A stretch of DNA of 64,000 nt from Candidatus Thorarchaeota archaeon (lineage in GTDB: Archaea; Asgardarchaeota; Thorarchaeia; Thorarchaeales; Thorarchaeaceae). Below the pieces are notes generated by a model that was not told the DNA's origin, did no database searches, and saw only the letters and a program-made list of their open reading frames with translations. The first letter of the stretch is position 1; every line of letters begins with the position of its first letter. Shown here piece by piece: positions 49,897 through 59,631 of this stretch. The translations under genes were made by a program, and so were the position numbers. The stretch is from positions 64,001 through 128,000 of the forward strand of contig RDNZ01000002.1 of assembly GCA_011364905.1 (NCBI GenBank), in the 5' to 3' direction.

Positions 49897-50892
49897 TTAC
49901 ACAAAGCTTTCCAGTGTTGTCTGTGTGTTACCAAACATTTTCCATATATGCACCAGCTCACGGGTTTTGGCTTCTGCCCTATCCTTCCCCATTGCAGGTT
50001 GGAGAAGTCTGACAAGTCTCGGAGTTATGAGCGGCTTTAAGGTTAGGTCCACGCCCTTTGCACTCATAAATGAGGCTTCGTCAAAAACCTCTCTGGCCTC
50101 GATGTAGTCCTCTCTTTCAGACAGTTTCAGACCTCTTGCTTTCAGCAAATATCTCAGACCGCCATATCGTTTCAATTCAATTGCACCTTTCCGTGGTCCG
50201 AGACCCTTGATGCCTTTCTTATGAAAGTCACATCCGCAAACTATTGCTAGGTCTCGAAGCAGTTCAAGATCAAGGTCCAAAACTCGCTCCAGCTCACTAA
50301 GGGTTGTGTACTCCATGGTCCCCTTGGACAACTGAAGACTCTTGATGACGTGAGGACTGCCGAATAACAGGGCATCAGCGTCATTGGAAACCACAGAACC
50401 TACTAGACCCTCTCGACACAGGACTGCACCAAACATCTCTGCCTCGGATGGCGATGTAATTGCGGGTATCCCTGCTGCACGACAAAGGTCTTTGACGTGA
50501 TTGACTGCGAAGTACATCCTAACAGCAGGACTCTCTCTTAGTGACTCTACAATCTTAATGTCGTGTGTGTCCTGCTTGATGAGAAACCGTTCATATAGCA
50601 TGTGAGCTGTAGTTATGAGTTCAGGATTCGGTTTACGTTTCAGGGATTCAGGCGGTCCATCGAAAAATAGCGCTGGAAGAATATGGCGTTTAAGCGCTTG
50701 ACGAATCAGTCCAAAGGTTATGTGAATATGTGCCATGGGTATCTTGTTCGATGAGATCGGTCGAATGGTGGACAACCTGCGCATCAAATAGTTGGGAGCA
50801 TCGACTGCAATTTTGGGAGTGAACAGCTCTGAAACATTGGCCCACTTCCATGGCACCAGGTTCTGCCAGTTTTTCACTCCCATTCCAATCAA
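49897..50892 (-). CDS. FEN1/XPG-family 5' nuclease with C-terminal PIP box
   Basis: MGV start, AVDA, FFDG, SEAE, SNDADALLFG, GCDF, H3TH GIKGLGP, C-terminal QTTLESFV. Confidence 0.88.
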   Translation of the reverse strand: MIGMGVKNWQNLVPWKWANVSELFTPKIAVDAPNYLMRRLSTIRPISSNKIPMAHIHITFGLIRQALKRHILPALFFDGPPESLKRKPNPELITTAHMLYERFLIKQDTHDIKIVESLRESPAVRMYFAVNHVKDLCRAAGIPAITSPSEAEMFGAVLCREGLVGSVVSNDADALLFGSPHVIKSLQLSKGTMEYTTLSELERVLDLDLELLRDLAIVCGCDFHKKGIKGLGPRKGAIELKRYGGLRYLLKARGLKLSEREDYIEAREVFDEASFMSAKGVDLTLKPLITPRLVRLLQPAMGKDRAEAKTRELVHIWKMFGNTQTTLESFV

Positions 50893-51608
50893 CCCGTTCC
50901 TTTGAGAGTCCTCGCTCCCTTGAGTCCCAGCCGCACCACCACTGGATCTGGTAGTGGATGAACAGGACTTCGTTCCACTTGTACTCTGAGACCATCAGCT
51001 GCCATATTCATGCTTGCTATATGGACTGTTGTGTCCACGCCATGAGCAATCACATTCCCGCCAACTGGCTTCAGAGCGCCAGTGTCCCAGTCCCTGCTTG
51101 AGTGATCAGTCAAGGCAACATGAAGATCATTGTCATTCACTAGTATACGAAGAATCTCCAATGTGTGCTGAAGCGCACGCTGCCTACCCTTAGATCCGAT
51201 TCTACCACTCAGGTTAAGGATGCCTGTGAGACTATCCACTGCGACTACTCGAACGTCCCTCATGCAGCCTATCCCCTGTGCTAGTTCCTGCAGGTCCGAA
51301 AGCTCAAGCACCTGTCCCACTATCACATTTCTCAGCAGCTCAGCTTCCTTTCCAAGCAAGGCACGGGTGAGAGGTGAGCTAAAGTTATTCCCAGAATCGA
51401 TGAATACACTCCGTCCTCCATTGAGAACACCACCAACAACAATTGCATGAGCTACAGTGGTCAGAGGTTTTCTCTCTGAGCTATGTATCAGACTGATTTG
51501 GTTTGGTAGTATCACTTGTCCCAGAGTCTCATCCAATGGTCGTGGTCGTAACCGAACCAGTGATTCCTCATGAACTGGTATGTTATCAAGCGGTAGACTC
51601 TCCGGCAA
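50889..51608 (-). CDS. RadA/RadB-family paralogue with degenerate Walker A
   Basis: LDETLG, SLIHSSERKPLT (dead P-loop), VFIDSGN, VAVDSL, PVGGNVIAH. Confidence 0.75.
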   Translation of the reverse strand: MPESLPLDNIPVHEESLVRLRPRPLDETLGQVILPNQISLIHSSERKPLTTVAHAIVVGGVLNGGRSVFIDSGNNFSSPLTRALLGKEAELLRNVIVGQVLELSDLQELAQGIGCMRDVRVVAVDSLTGILNLSGRIGSKGRQRALQHTLEILRILVNDNDLHVALTDHSSRDWDTGALKPVGGNVIAHGVDTTVHIASMNMAADGLRVQVERSPVHPLPDPVVVRLGLKGARTLKGTG

Positions 51609-52575
51609 CCTCTACACCTCCCATCGATAATTGCGCAATATCACGACCAAGTAGAACGTGAGCCTCTCGACCATGTGGTAGCTGTTCGAGGTCGAATCCC
51701 GGTGCGGTATCACTTTTGATGACTACTCGTAACCCCGTTCTGTTTGGAAACACGGTGATACGATTAGGCCACATCTCAATAAGTTTCTTCACGGTGCTTT
51801 CCTCAACAGCCACCTTATACTCATTCAATGTCATGCCTATATCATCCTCCATTAGTGGAAGACTGAGTATCGCATTGGTCATGAAAAGTGAGAGAACCTG
51901 CAAGCTTTCAGCTCCCTTCTCAGCTAGTGCTTGCTGGACTTGTTTCAAGACCTTCTCTTCTCCTTCAGTTCGTACAATCAAGATGTCGCATTCTTCGTAT
52001 CTTGTGATTGACACCGGAAGGAGTGGTCGTTCACGAAGAAGATCTAGGACTACTGCCCTCATACTATTCGGAAGGATTATTGCCTTCATGTTGAGCTTGT
52101 CAATGGACGTCCAAAATCTGCTATGTGAAACTGAACTCCGTCCTAGTATTGGAATCGAATGTCCAAAGGACGCCATTGGCTCCAGAAGGGCAGAAAATCG
52201 CTCCGTGATGCTACCAGGCTCTTTTATTCTGCTACAACCGATAATAGTTCCACCCATTGCGAGAAAAGCAGCAATCAATCCAAATGGTAATACAACAAAG
52301 AGCATCACGACTCCTGTATAGACGATGCAAGCCCATGAAACCACATTGAGTAAAAGGGACAGTGGTTCCTTGGTTTCCCTGCGGGCGATAAAGAGCATAA
52401 TGATGGTTCCTCCCCAAACAATGACAAGAGGCTGAATATTTCCTAGCCGCCATGCTAGGACCACAGAAGCAACAGAACTCAGTAGCTGCCCACCCAGAAA
52501 AAGAGCAACCGCTCCCGCCAGAGCATATACCATTAAGCGGAAAATTGACTTTCCGAACATTCGCTTCTCCTCCAT
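51586..52575 (-). CDS. hypothetical protein, N-terminal about 4 TM plus soluble domain
   Basis: Hydrophobic first ~115 aa. Overlaps both neighbours. Confidence 0.75.
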   Translation of the reverse strand: MEEKRMFGKSIFRLMVYALAGAVALFLGGQLLSSVASVVLAWRLGNIQPLVIVWGGTIIMLFIARRETKEPLSLLLNVVSWACIVYTGVVMLFVVLPFGLIAAFLAMGGTIIGCSRIKEPGSITERFSALLEPMASFGHSIPILGRSSVSHSRFWTSIDKLNMKAIILPNSMRAVVLDLLRERPLLPVSITRYEECDILIVRTEGEEKVLKQVQQALAEKGAESLQVLSLFMTNAILSLPLMEDDIGMTLNEYKVAVEESTVKKLIEMWPNRITVFPNRTGLRVVIKSDTAPGFDLEQLPHGREAHVLLGRDIAQLSMGGVEVAGESTA

Positions 52576-53189
52576 TCTTGAGTTGGTACTGATAGTCGGA
52601 CAACTCCTTTGATATCGATCATCATTCTTGCCAATGGGTTCCCATCAATCAACAATCTGGAGTCCCTCTCCAGGCTTCTCACTACCCGAATGTCCACTGG
52701 TTTCCAAATCAGAATTGATTCGTGCATCACTGGTGTAACTCGTTCTTCCAGACTGCGAACTTCACTCACAAGGACAACCTTTACTCCTCGCTCCGTTAGA
52801 GCAACCAATGATGGTAGAGCATTCTCGATCAAATCCCGACCCCACATTATCTCTTCGCGTCGAGTCATGTCAAGCACCCGTGTTATGGGGTCTACTACAA
52901 TTAACGATGTGTCATCTGGAAGCATCTCACAGACTGAGAGTATGCCCTCTTGTACCTCTTTATGTCCATTGAAAATGTTCACAGTGATTTTGCTGCTGTT
53001 TTTTGTATTGGATTTCAAAGCTCTCACAAAGGAGCGTTTTCCATCAGCACAGATCCATCTCACAATACCGTCTCTTGCAGCTTCTGCAGCAAGGGAGCAG
53101 GCTAGTAGGGTCTTCCCAGATCCAGCCTCACCCCAGATATGGAAAAGGTCGCCCATCCTCAACAAAACTTTAGCCCCCAGTACTACCAC
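52533..53189 (-). CDS. RadB/Rad51-paralogue-like RecA-fold ATPase
   Basis: HIWGEAGSGKT, WICADG, IVVDPI, VVLVSEV. No N-terminal HhH domain. Confidence 0.8.
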   Translation of the reverse strand: MVVLGAKVLLRMGDLFHIWGEAGSGKTLLACSLAAEAARDGIVRWICADGKRSFVRALKSNTKNSSKITVNIFNGHKEVQEGILSVCEMLPDDTSLIVVDPITRVLDMTRREEIMWGRDLIENALPSLVALTERGVKVVLVSEVRSLEERVTPVMHESILIWKPVDIRVVRSLERDSRLLIDGNPLARMMIDIKGVVRLSVPTQEWRRSECSESQFSA

Positions 53190-54852
53190 GCTCCTTCTTT
53201 CGGGTGGGAAAGTGAGTCCGTGATGATGAGCTTGTCACACTGTGACGCTGGAGTTTGCTTCGTTTAACAACCTGCTCACTGGTCTCATCCTCTGCAGCAA
53301 GGAGAACTTGGACCGACTCCGCTGGTTCTTCATCGACTGTCTTGGCAACGACCATAGGTGGGTCTGCAAACTCCTTTCTCGTCCGATCTGGTTCTTTTAT
53401 GACCCTATCATTTGCTCCAGGGACTTCCTCTGTGTTTCCCATCACCTGCAAAAAACTGTCGAGTTCATCTTCACTCTCTGCACTAGCCGGAGCCATTTCC
53501 TCTCTTACAGGAGGTTCCTCCGGTTCAGCAAGATCCTTGTCAATCTCCATGACAATCTTTTTACTGGCATGAAGGTTGAGGATATCATCAATCCTGTTTT
53601 TCACTTCGGGACTCAGAGCACCAACATCAAAGAGAGCGTTGTTAAGAACTCCAAGGTGTCCGATAATCTCATGTTCCTTCAAAGGTGTGCTGCTATGTCC
53701 GGTAAGGCCAACATACGCTAGACCGAGAGCTTCTTCCTCACCCTCCCCGAATTCTAACCCGATGTTCTTGAATAAGCTCAAGAATTTTTCAAGACCAGGA
53801 TCACCAGAGAGATTAGGCATTTCGACAGTGCTAGTAGGAGTAAGCCTTACGCATTCATCTAATATTGTAAACAGGGAGCCCACTGATTTGTTGAAATCGC
53901 CAGTTTCTATAGATTCGGCAGCACTATCCATCAGCGGGGTCACTATGAAGTTTAGTGTGCCAACGAGTTCAAGTCGGTTAGCATTCTCCATTATTGAAGA
54001 TGTGACCCGGTTAGAATCTCCAACCTCAGACAAAGCAGAAACCTCTTCATTTAGAGCACTACGAAAGCTGCCTATTGCAGTGTTTGCTCCCTGGAGCATC
54101 CATGAACCAAGCAGAAATGATATGCAGAAAACGACAAGCGGGAAGATTAGTGTTCCATTATTCAATAACGCGCCTGCAATGCCGAACCCAGCCATCACCC
54201 CCATGACAATACAGAGTATACCGAGCCAAGACCTCCTCAGACCTGTTTCTAAATCATCCCACTTAGTGGAGCTCACATTCTTCTGAACATCATGCAAGTG
54301 AGATCGAGAGTCACTACTTAGCAGGAGTCCAAGTTCATTATCAGGTAAGATACGGGATGAATCAGTAAGCCACGATAAGTCTCTACGAGAGCTGCCCTCC
54401 TTGTATACAGCGTAGATAGTACGAGTTTCATGAATTAGGGATGATGATTTCGAATCAATGGACCTCATAACAGAGAACTCCACTCGCCCAAATGACGATA
54501 GGAGAGACCTCGCCTCGAACGCGTCCAGTAGTCCTACATCTTTGAGGATGCTCTTCAAGGACCCATTGACACTTTCGAGTATTGCGGCTTGCATAGCCAG
54601 AGTGGAGCGACCAAACCTGGCCTTCTTCAGGTCAAGTACATAAGCAACATCTACATAGACGCCCCTGGTTCCTGGAATGCCAACCAGTCGCACTCCCAAG
54701 ACCAACCCATTGGGATATTCTGCTGTTCTATGACCCGCTCCTTCTAGCACTCGAACAACGTCCGTGGTGGCCCGCTCCAAACTTGTGCCAATGGACGACT
54801 CACTCTCTTCTTCCTCAGTGATTTTTTCATCATCAACTGCTGTCATTAACAT
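53170..54852 (-). CDS. hypothetical protein with central 2-TM hairpin and acidic disordered C-terminus
   Basis: TM pair around residues 210-255, helical domain, acidic tail. Overlaps both neighbours. Confidence 0.75.
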   Translation of the reverse strand: MLMTAVDDEKITEEEESESSIGTSLERATTDVVRVLEGAGHRTAEYPNGLVLGVRLVGIPGTRGVYVDVAYVLDLKKARFGRSTLAMQAAILESVNGSLKSILKDVGLLDAFEARSLLSSFGRVEFSVMRSIDSKSSSLIHETRTIYAVYKEGSSRRDLSWLTDSSRILPDNELGLLLSSDSRSHLHDVQKNVSSTKWDDLETGLRRSWLGILCIVMGVMAGFGIAGALLNNGTLIFPLVVFCISFLLGSWMLQGANTAIGSFRSALNEEVSALSEVGDSNRVTSSIMENANRLELVGTLNFIVTPLMDSAAESIETGDFNKSVGSLFTILDECVRLTPTSTVEMPNLSGDPGLEKFLSLFKNIGLEFGEGEEEALGLAYVGLTGHSSTPLKEHEIIGHLGVLNNALFDVGALSPEVKNRIDDILNLHASKKIVMEIDKDLAEPEEPPVREEMAPASAESEDELDSFLQVMGNTEEVPGANDRVIKEPDRTRKEFADPPMVVAKTVDEEPAESVQVLLAAEDETSEQVVKRSKLQRHSVTSSSSRTHFPTRKKERGSTGG

Positions 54853-57013
54853 TCCTCCCTAATCGCTCTTCTATTCCCCCAAGGAGCCCACTGCTCAGTT
54901 CCACGAGTCTTGAGAGACCCCCTAATCCTGCAAGCACAACAATGCTGGCTAGCAACCATCGTGACCTCTCCAGTAGACTATATGCATCCCCCACTGGAAT
55001 ACCAACGTTCTCTGAAATGTCTCTTATGGACATAGAAGTGGTAGCGGCGGCACCAATCAGGTTTTCAAACGACTCATCAAGCTCGGAAACAGACTCCATC
55101 GACACAAGATGCCTTACGAGAGAGAGAAGCGAAACAGCATCCTCTGTGAATGGCATCATGGCCATTAGCTCTCGTATCGTCCTCATGCGGAGATACAGCC
55201 TATTCACTGTCCTTCCGAGTCTTGTGATCTTGAAAGCGCCTTCCTTGCTTCCCTCAATGAGCCCCAATCGTGATAATGCACCTGTGGGACTAGACTCTTC
55301 CATGGCGATGGGCACGATGTAGTTCGCTAGAGGTCGTATCTTTTCATTGCGTGATGCCTTGAGTCCGAGAGAAACCAGATGCATACAAAGGATACCAGTT
55401 TCATCCAATGGATTACCACATGAACAACTTGCACCTTCTACAGTGCCACTGGTCTGGAGTCGGGTGGAGAACCGACAGGTGAAGCTCCCACCTTGAAAAC
55501 CTGAAACTATTCCTCCGAGGACATCCTCGCTGGTTTCCCTGATGCTGACGGAGCCTAGTGCGTCTTTTCTTGCAGCCTGAACTGTGTCAGGCAGGGCATG
55601 TTTCTCAATAACCGATTCCGCTGAGATCTCTCCGAGATGTAGGGGCCTCATGGGACTTCTAACATCTCTCACCGCGCAGAACACGAGATAAGACTCGCTC
55701 ATTATGTCCTCCATCTGTTTCACTGTGCTCTCATTCATGGTGTCAAGAAGGACAAGAATTTGCTCGGTAAGCGATGCCGCTGAACCGAGCCTACTCCTCA
55801 CTCTTTCATATCGAGGAATCAGGGTTTCACCAACCTCATCAAAGTATCTGCGCTTCACAAGCTCGCACTCACCTCTACTACTAGTGAGGATGACACCAAA
55901 GCCCATAACATCATGTCCAGGTCTCCCCGCACGTCCAAGCATTTGATGGACTGTGTTAGCAGAGAGCATCTCTCTATGATCCTCCGGCGAACGACAACTG
56001 GTGAGCACAACGGTACGAGCTGGGAGATCCATTCCTGCAGCTAGGGTAGATGTTGCACAGATTACACGTAACATGCCTTTTCTGAACAAGCGCTCCACCA
56101 AAGCTCTGACACTCGAGCTGAGTCCAGCATGGTGGAATCCTACGCCATTATGCAAGACTTTCCGTAGGGGCGCCGGAACTGTCATGAAGGATGTTTCTAC
56201 AGAGTTAATTTCATCGTCCAGGGCTTTTCGCTCAATGGAACCAAGTTGCCTAATCACATTTTCAGACAATCGTTCAGCCTCAAGTTCAGCAAACCTTCGG
56301 GTTCTGTGAAAGGTGATGACTTGACCGTTTGCCTGCACTACCGTCATCACTGTTTTTTGGACTGCTCGGGCCTTATCGGGTGTGTGGACTACCTTACAGA
56401 CAAGCGGAACAGGACGCTCATCAGATGCAACAAGTCCGCAACCAAGCCATTCCGCTAGTTCATCTGGGTCCTTAACTGTGGCTGAGAGTGCTACTATCTG
56501 CAGGTCGTCAATGCTTCGTTTCAAACGAAGGATAGTGCTTTCTAGTCTTGCTCCTCGTGTCGAGTCCGAAAGGTTTTGGACCTCATCTATGACCACTGTT
56601 CCGACCTCTGGAAGCCACTCCACCTGGTGTCTCAACAGAGAGTCTGCTCGTTCATAGGTGGTCACAATGATGTCGTATTCTGCCATATCCTCTCCTGAAA
56701 GATGCAGGTCACCGGTAGTCACTCCAATTCTGATGGCATTTTCTTGGTACCGCTCTCTCAGAACTCGTGTTATCTGATATGCCAGAGCTCTTAGGGGTAC
56801 CAAAAACAAGCCTCTTCGACCATTGAAAATCGATCTAAGCAGGCCCATCTCCCCCACCAATGTTTTTCCCGATCCTGTTGGAGCACTCACCAATATACTG
56901 GCCCCATCAAGAAGACCCTTGTCAATTGCCTCAGTCTGAACACCCCTTGGTGTGACACCAACTTGCTCTAGCATCCGAGTGACACTTGCAGGGATATCAG
57001 TGACAGACATCAT
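54833..57013 (-). CDS. Ski2-like (Hel308/HELQ/Mer3-type) DExH helicase with inserted SWIM zinc finger
   Basis: APTGSGKT, VPLRALA, DEVQ, SAT, FHHAGL, TSTLAAGMDLPA, QMLGRAGR, plus CSC-x10-CMH. Confidence 0.88.
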   Translation of the reverse strand: MMSVTDIPASVTRMLEQVGVTPRGVQTEAIDKGLLDGASILVSAPTGSGKTLVGEMGLLRSIFNGRRGLFLVPLRALAYQITRVLRERYQENAIRIGVTTGDLHLSGEDMAEYDIIVTTYERADSLLRHQVEWLPEVGTVVIDEVQNLSDSTRGARLESTILRLKRSIDDLQIVALSATVKDPDELAEWLGCGLVASDERPVPLVCKVVHTPDKARAVQKTVMTVVQANGQVITFHRTRRFAELEAERLSENVIRQLGSIERKALDDEINSVETSFMTVPAPLRKVLHNGVGFHHAGLSSSVRALVERLFRKGMLRVICATSTLAAGMDLPARTVVLTSCRSPEDHREMLSANTVHQMLGRAGRPGHDVMGFGVILTSSRGECELVKRRYFDEVGETLIPRYERVRSRLGSAASLTEQILVLLDTMNESTVKQMEDIMSESYLVFCAVRDVRSPMRPLHLGEISAESVIEKHALPDTVQAARKDALGSVSIRETSEDVLGGIVSGFQGGSFTCRFSTRLQTSGTVEGASCSCGNPLDETGILCMHLVSLGLKASRNEKIRPLANYIVPIAMEESSPTGALSRLGLIEGSKEGAFKITRLGRTVNRLYLRMRTIRELMAMMPFTEDAVSLLSLVRHLVSMESVSELDESFENLIGAAATTSMSIRDISENVGIPVGDAYSLLERSRWLLASIVVLAGLGGLSRLVELSSGLLGGIEERLGRNVNDSS

Positions 57014-59361
57014 ACCTCGGACCCAACCTCCTCTGATTGACGCAGAGCCATGCTACCCTTCATGGTTATCCGATAATTCTTGTAGGAAACTCCTGCATGG
57101 GACTCGCTACCACGAAGAATCAGACTCGCATTCTCCAACCGTGCAAGAATAGCCTCGATGTCAACCTCCGTATGGCCCTTTGCGTTGAGAAAACGTCTGA
57201 CAGACTCCTCAGTGAGAGGCTCGTAGCGGGTAAGGAGCTTAAGAATCTCTTTCACAGATGCTCTGTCTCGTCCTCCAACCACAGCAAGTAGTGTTTTTGG
57301 TTTCCCTGCTTCGGGCCCGTCATCCGTTTTAGTTAGACTAGGCCTCGGAAGCATGTCAACTCCCTCATTGGATAGTGTTCTAAGCCCTGGTTCAGGTGCA
57401 ATCTTGAATGGCATACAAGTCTTTGCCTGTTCGTGCGACATGAGAGCATAGCCTCGCTCCATTACTCTCAGGAACGAACCTTCTCGCGATGATTGACGCG
57501 CCTTGCTATGAATTCCTGTCCCAACAACATCTAATGACAAGAGGTCAGATACATAAGCAATATCAGCGGACTCCCGCAACCTTAGAGCGATACATGAACC
57601 AAAGGCGTCCGCCGCATCCCACATTAAGGCTGATGGGTTGTTTACACTGAGTATAAGAGGTCCTCTCTTGAGGAGCCTCCGAACGATTCTCTCAGCCATT
57701 ACCCCCCGTTTGGTATACCTGAAAGTGCTTTTATTTGTGACAAGATGTTCAGGCATATCAATGACAGTGACCAAATCAGATTCTTTTGCAAGTCCTGACA
57801 ATTTGAGGCTCATAAGATCCAGTGCAAACATATCGAGATCAAGAGCTCCAATCGCGAGGTTCACAACTACAAGCTCATGAGAGGCGATCCTACTAAGAGA
57901 AATCGTCTGAGTACCATAGAATGCTTTTGCTCCTGACCCCTGATAGAGCCTCTTGATGGCATCGAGCGCAAGTGCTGAAGACTTGGATAATCTAACATTC
58001 TGTGGAGGGACTGCACCCTCCTGAAGGGATTCATGCTCAGGATCAATAACTACATCGGCGAGTGTTCCATTCCCGAGAGCAACCACTCTGCTCAATGCAA
58101 CCTCAAAGTCAGCGGCTGGGCTGAGATTAGTCCCAGCAAGAGTTTCCAATAGCAGTAGCAACTCCGAAACATACTGTGTTCTGGGAATTCCCTCAGAGTC
58201 CACAGGATTCAGTACAAAGTCCTTCCCGAGACTAACGGCGAGACCGCTGGAGCTGACACCAGCCAGACTTTGGCAATCATCGTTTATTGTGAGCACTAGA
58301 ACCTTCTTTCCCTTGGCTAAAATCTGGTCAATAAGAACACTGAGAACTTGCTTTCGATCCCGCCAATCTCCTCCGCATAATAAGAGACCACGTTCAAGGT
58401 CAGAATGCATCAACCCCACTGAGGGACCTGTCTTTAGGGTTTCGGGATTCACAACAACGCCCAGAGGGTAGTCATCAGACCTGCTTCTTATTGGCGCAAT
58501 GAACTCCCCCGGAACGTTACTTCCCACCTCAGGACCTAGTTCGCTTGGCAGTTGTACTAGCCACTCTGCCAACTCCTTTCCTGTGGCAAAGAAAGTGGGC
58601 GAACTGCTACAGAGGTCCCACTCTTCAAGTCTTTGGCCAAGGTCTTTCTCCTTCAACCTCCTAAAGCCGCTGTCAGGAACACTCCCTTTCACTTGCCCCT
58701 CAACTAGTCGGACGTCAGATTCCGTATGAGAATGTCCAACAAAATACAGCTGTGAACGCCAGAGCCCCCCCCGTGCATGAAAGTAGGTCTTCCTCTGTGA
58801 TGAGGAAATATGATTGAGATATCTCTCGATTATGGAAGTGACAACACCATCTCTTGCAACCTGTTTTGAGTCAGATGGAAACAGATCTGCAACCATCAAG
58901 AAACCATGTGAACTGTCTAGACCTCGAAGAAGTTTGCTTAGATTTCCTTGTAGGATTGGCCGAGCTTTCTTCATGTTGAGTGCAATGAGATGGCTTTCCT
59001 TTCCAAGACCCCTACAATGTAGCGATTTTTTCTCTTCACTGTAACTCACATCTGGGTCGGGTACCCTATACCAACTAGTATCATCGAGCGACCGAGTTTC
59101 AAGGTAGTTTTGAATCAAGGGCAGAACAAGCATCAGCATTAGGATTATTCCAGTAATGAATATCGTGACATAAGGCAGCTGAATCACTGTAATCATAATA
59201 ACCAATGAGAGTCCAAGAGCATAATCCCATGGAAGCTTGACTGACCTGTCATCCCATCGTATCTCTGTGTCTGTCGTTATGGTCATGCCAGACGCCTCAA
59301 GCTGGTCCATAGGATCCTGCGCAGGCTCTGAGCCCATGATGTTCCCTCGTTTCTTAGTCAA
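57010..59361 (-). CDS. membrane-anchored HerA/VirB4/FtsK-like ATPase-fold protein with degenerate Walker motifs and C-terminal wHTH
   Basis: Two N-terminal TMs, then DLERGLLLCGGDWRDRK, KKVLVL, VLNP, TVIDMPEH, SVNNPSAL, CIALRL...D and MERGYAL in HerA/VirB4 motif order. C-terminal LARLENASLI...YRITMKG. Confidence 0.68.
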   Translation of the reverse strand: MTKKRGNIMGSEPAQDPMDQLEASGMTITTDTEIRWDDRSVKLPWDYALGLSLVIMITVIQLPYVTIFITGIILMLMLVLPLIQNYLETRSLDDTSWYRVPDPDVSYSEEKKSLHCRGLGKESHLIALNMKKARPILQGNLSKLLRGLDSSHGFLMVADLFPSDSKQVARDGVVTSIIERYLNHISSSQRKTYFHARGGLWRSQLYFVGHSHTESDVRLVEGQVKGSVPDSGFRRLKEKDLGQRLEEWDLCSSSPTFFATGKELAEWLVQLPSELGPEVGSNVPGEFIAPIRSRSDDYPLGVVVNPETLKTGPSVGLMHSDLERGLLLCGGDWRDRKQVLSVLIDQILAKGKKVLVLTINDDCQSLAGVSSSGLAVSLGKDFVLNPVDSEGIPRTQYVSELLLLLETLAGTNLSPAADFEVALSRVVALGNGTLADVVIDPEHESLQEGAVPPQNVRLSKSSALALDAIKRLYQGSGAKAFYGTQTISLSRIASHELVVVNLAIGALDLDMFALDLMSLKLSGLAKESDLVTVIDMPEHLVTNKSTFRYTKRGVMAERIVRRLLKRGPLILSVNNPSALMWDAADAFGSCIALRLRESADIAYVSDLLSLDVVGTGIHSKARQSSREGSFLRVMERGYALMSHEQAKTCMPFKIAPEPGLRTLSNEGVDMLPRPSLTKTDDGPEAGKPKTLLAVVGGRDRASVKEILKLLTRYEPLTEESVRRFLNAKGHTEVDIEAILARLENASLILRGSESHAGVSYKNYRITMKGSMALRQSEEVGSEV

Positions 59362-59631
59362 CTAGGTCCTTCCCCCTTGTCTTGCCAAGACTTTCAACAT
59401 CATCTTAATGCGAATCAGCATTTTCTGATCTGAAGAGTTCACCACTAGTGAATCGTTCATAATGACCAGCTCAGGATGCTCATGCTTCGAAGGATGCCCG
59501 AGTACCATTAGAACTGGCTCCTTGGATACAGTTGTCCAAGTGTATCCATGGCCCCGTTTCAGGAAGTCCATCACCGCGTCAGCCTCCACACCTGATGGAA
59601 TGTTTAGTGATACATCCTCACCCACTGACAA
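59362..59631 (-). CDS. small hypothetical protein
   Basis: 89 aa, coupled to both neighbours, RBS GGAGG. Confidence 0.7.
   Translation of the reverse strand: MSVGEDVSLNIPSGVEADAVMDFLKRGHGYTWTTVSKEPVLMVLGHPSKHEHPELVIMNDSLVVNSSDQKMLIRIKMMLKVLARQGGRT

Noticed and set aside
51716-54286. Long plus-strand ORFs (51716-52321, 52609-53223, 53576-54286)
   Set aside because: Antisense shadows of coupled minus-strand genes, with Ser/Thr-rich non-protein-like composition.
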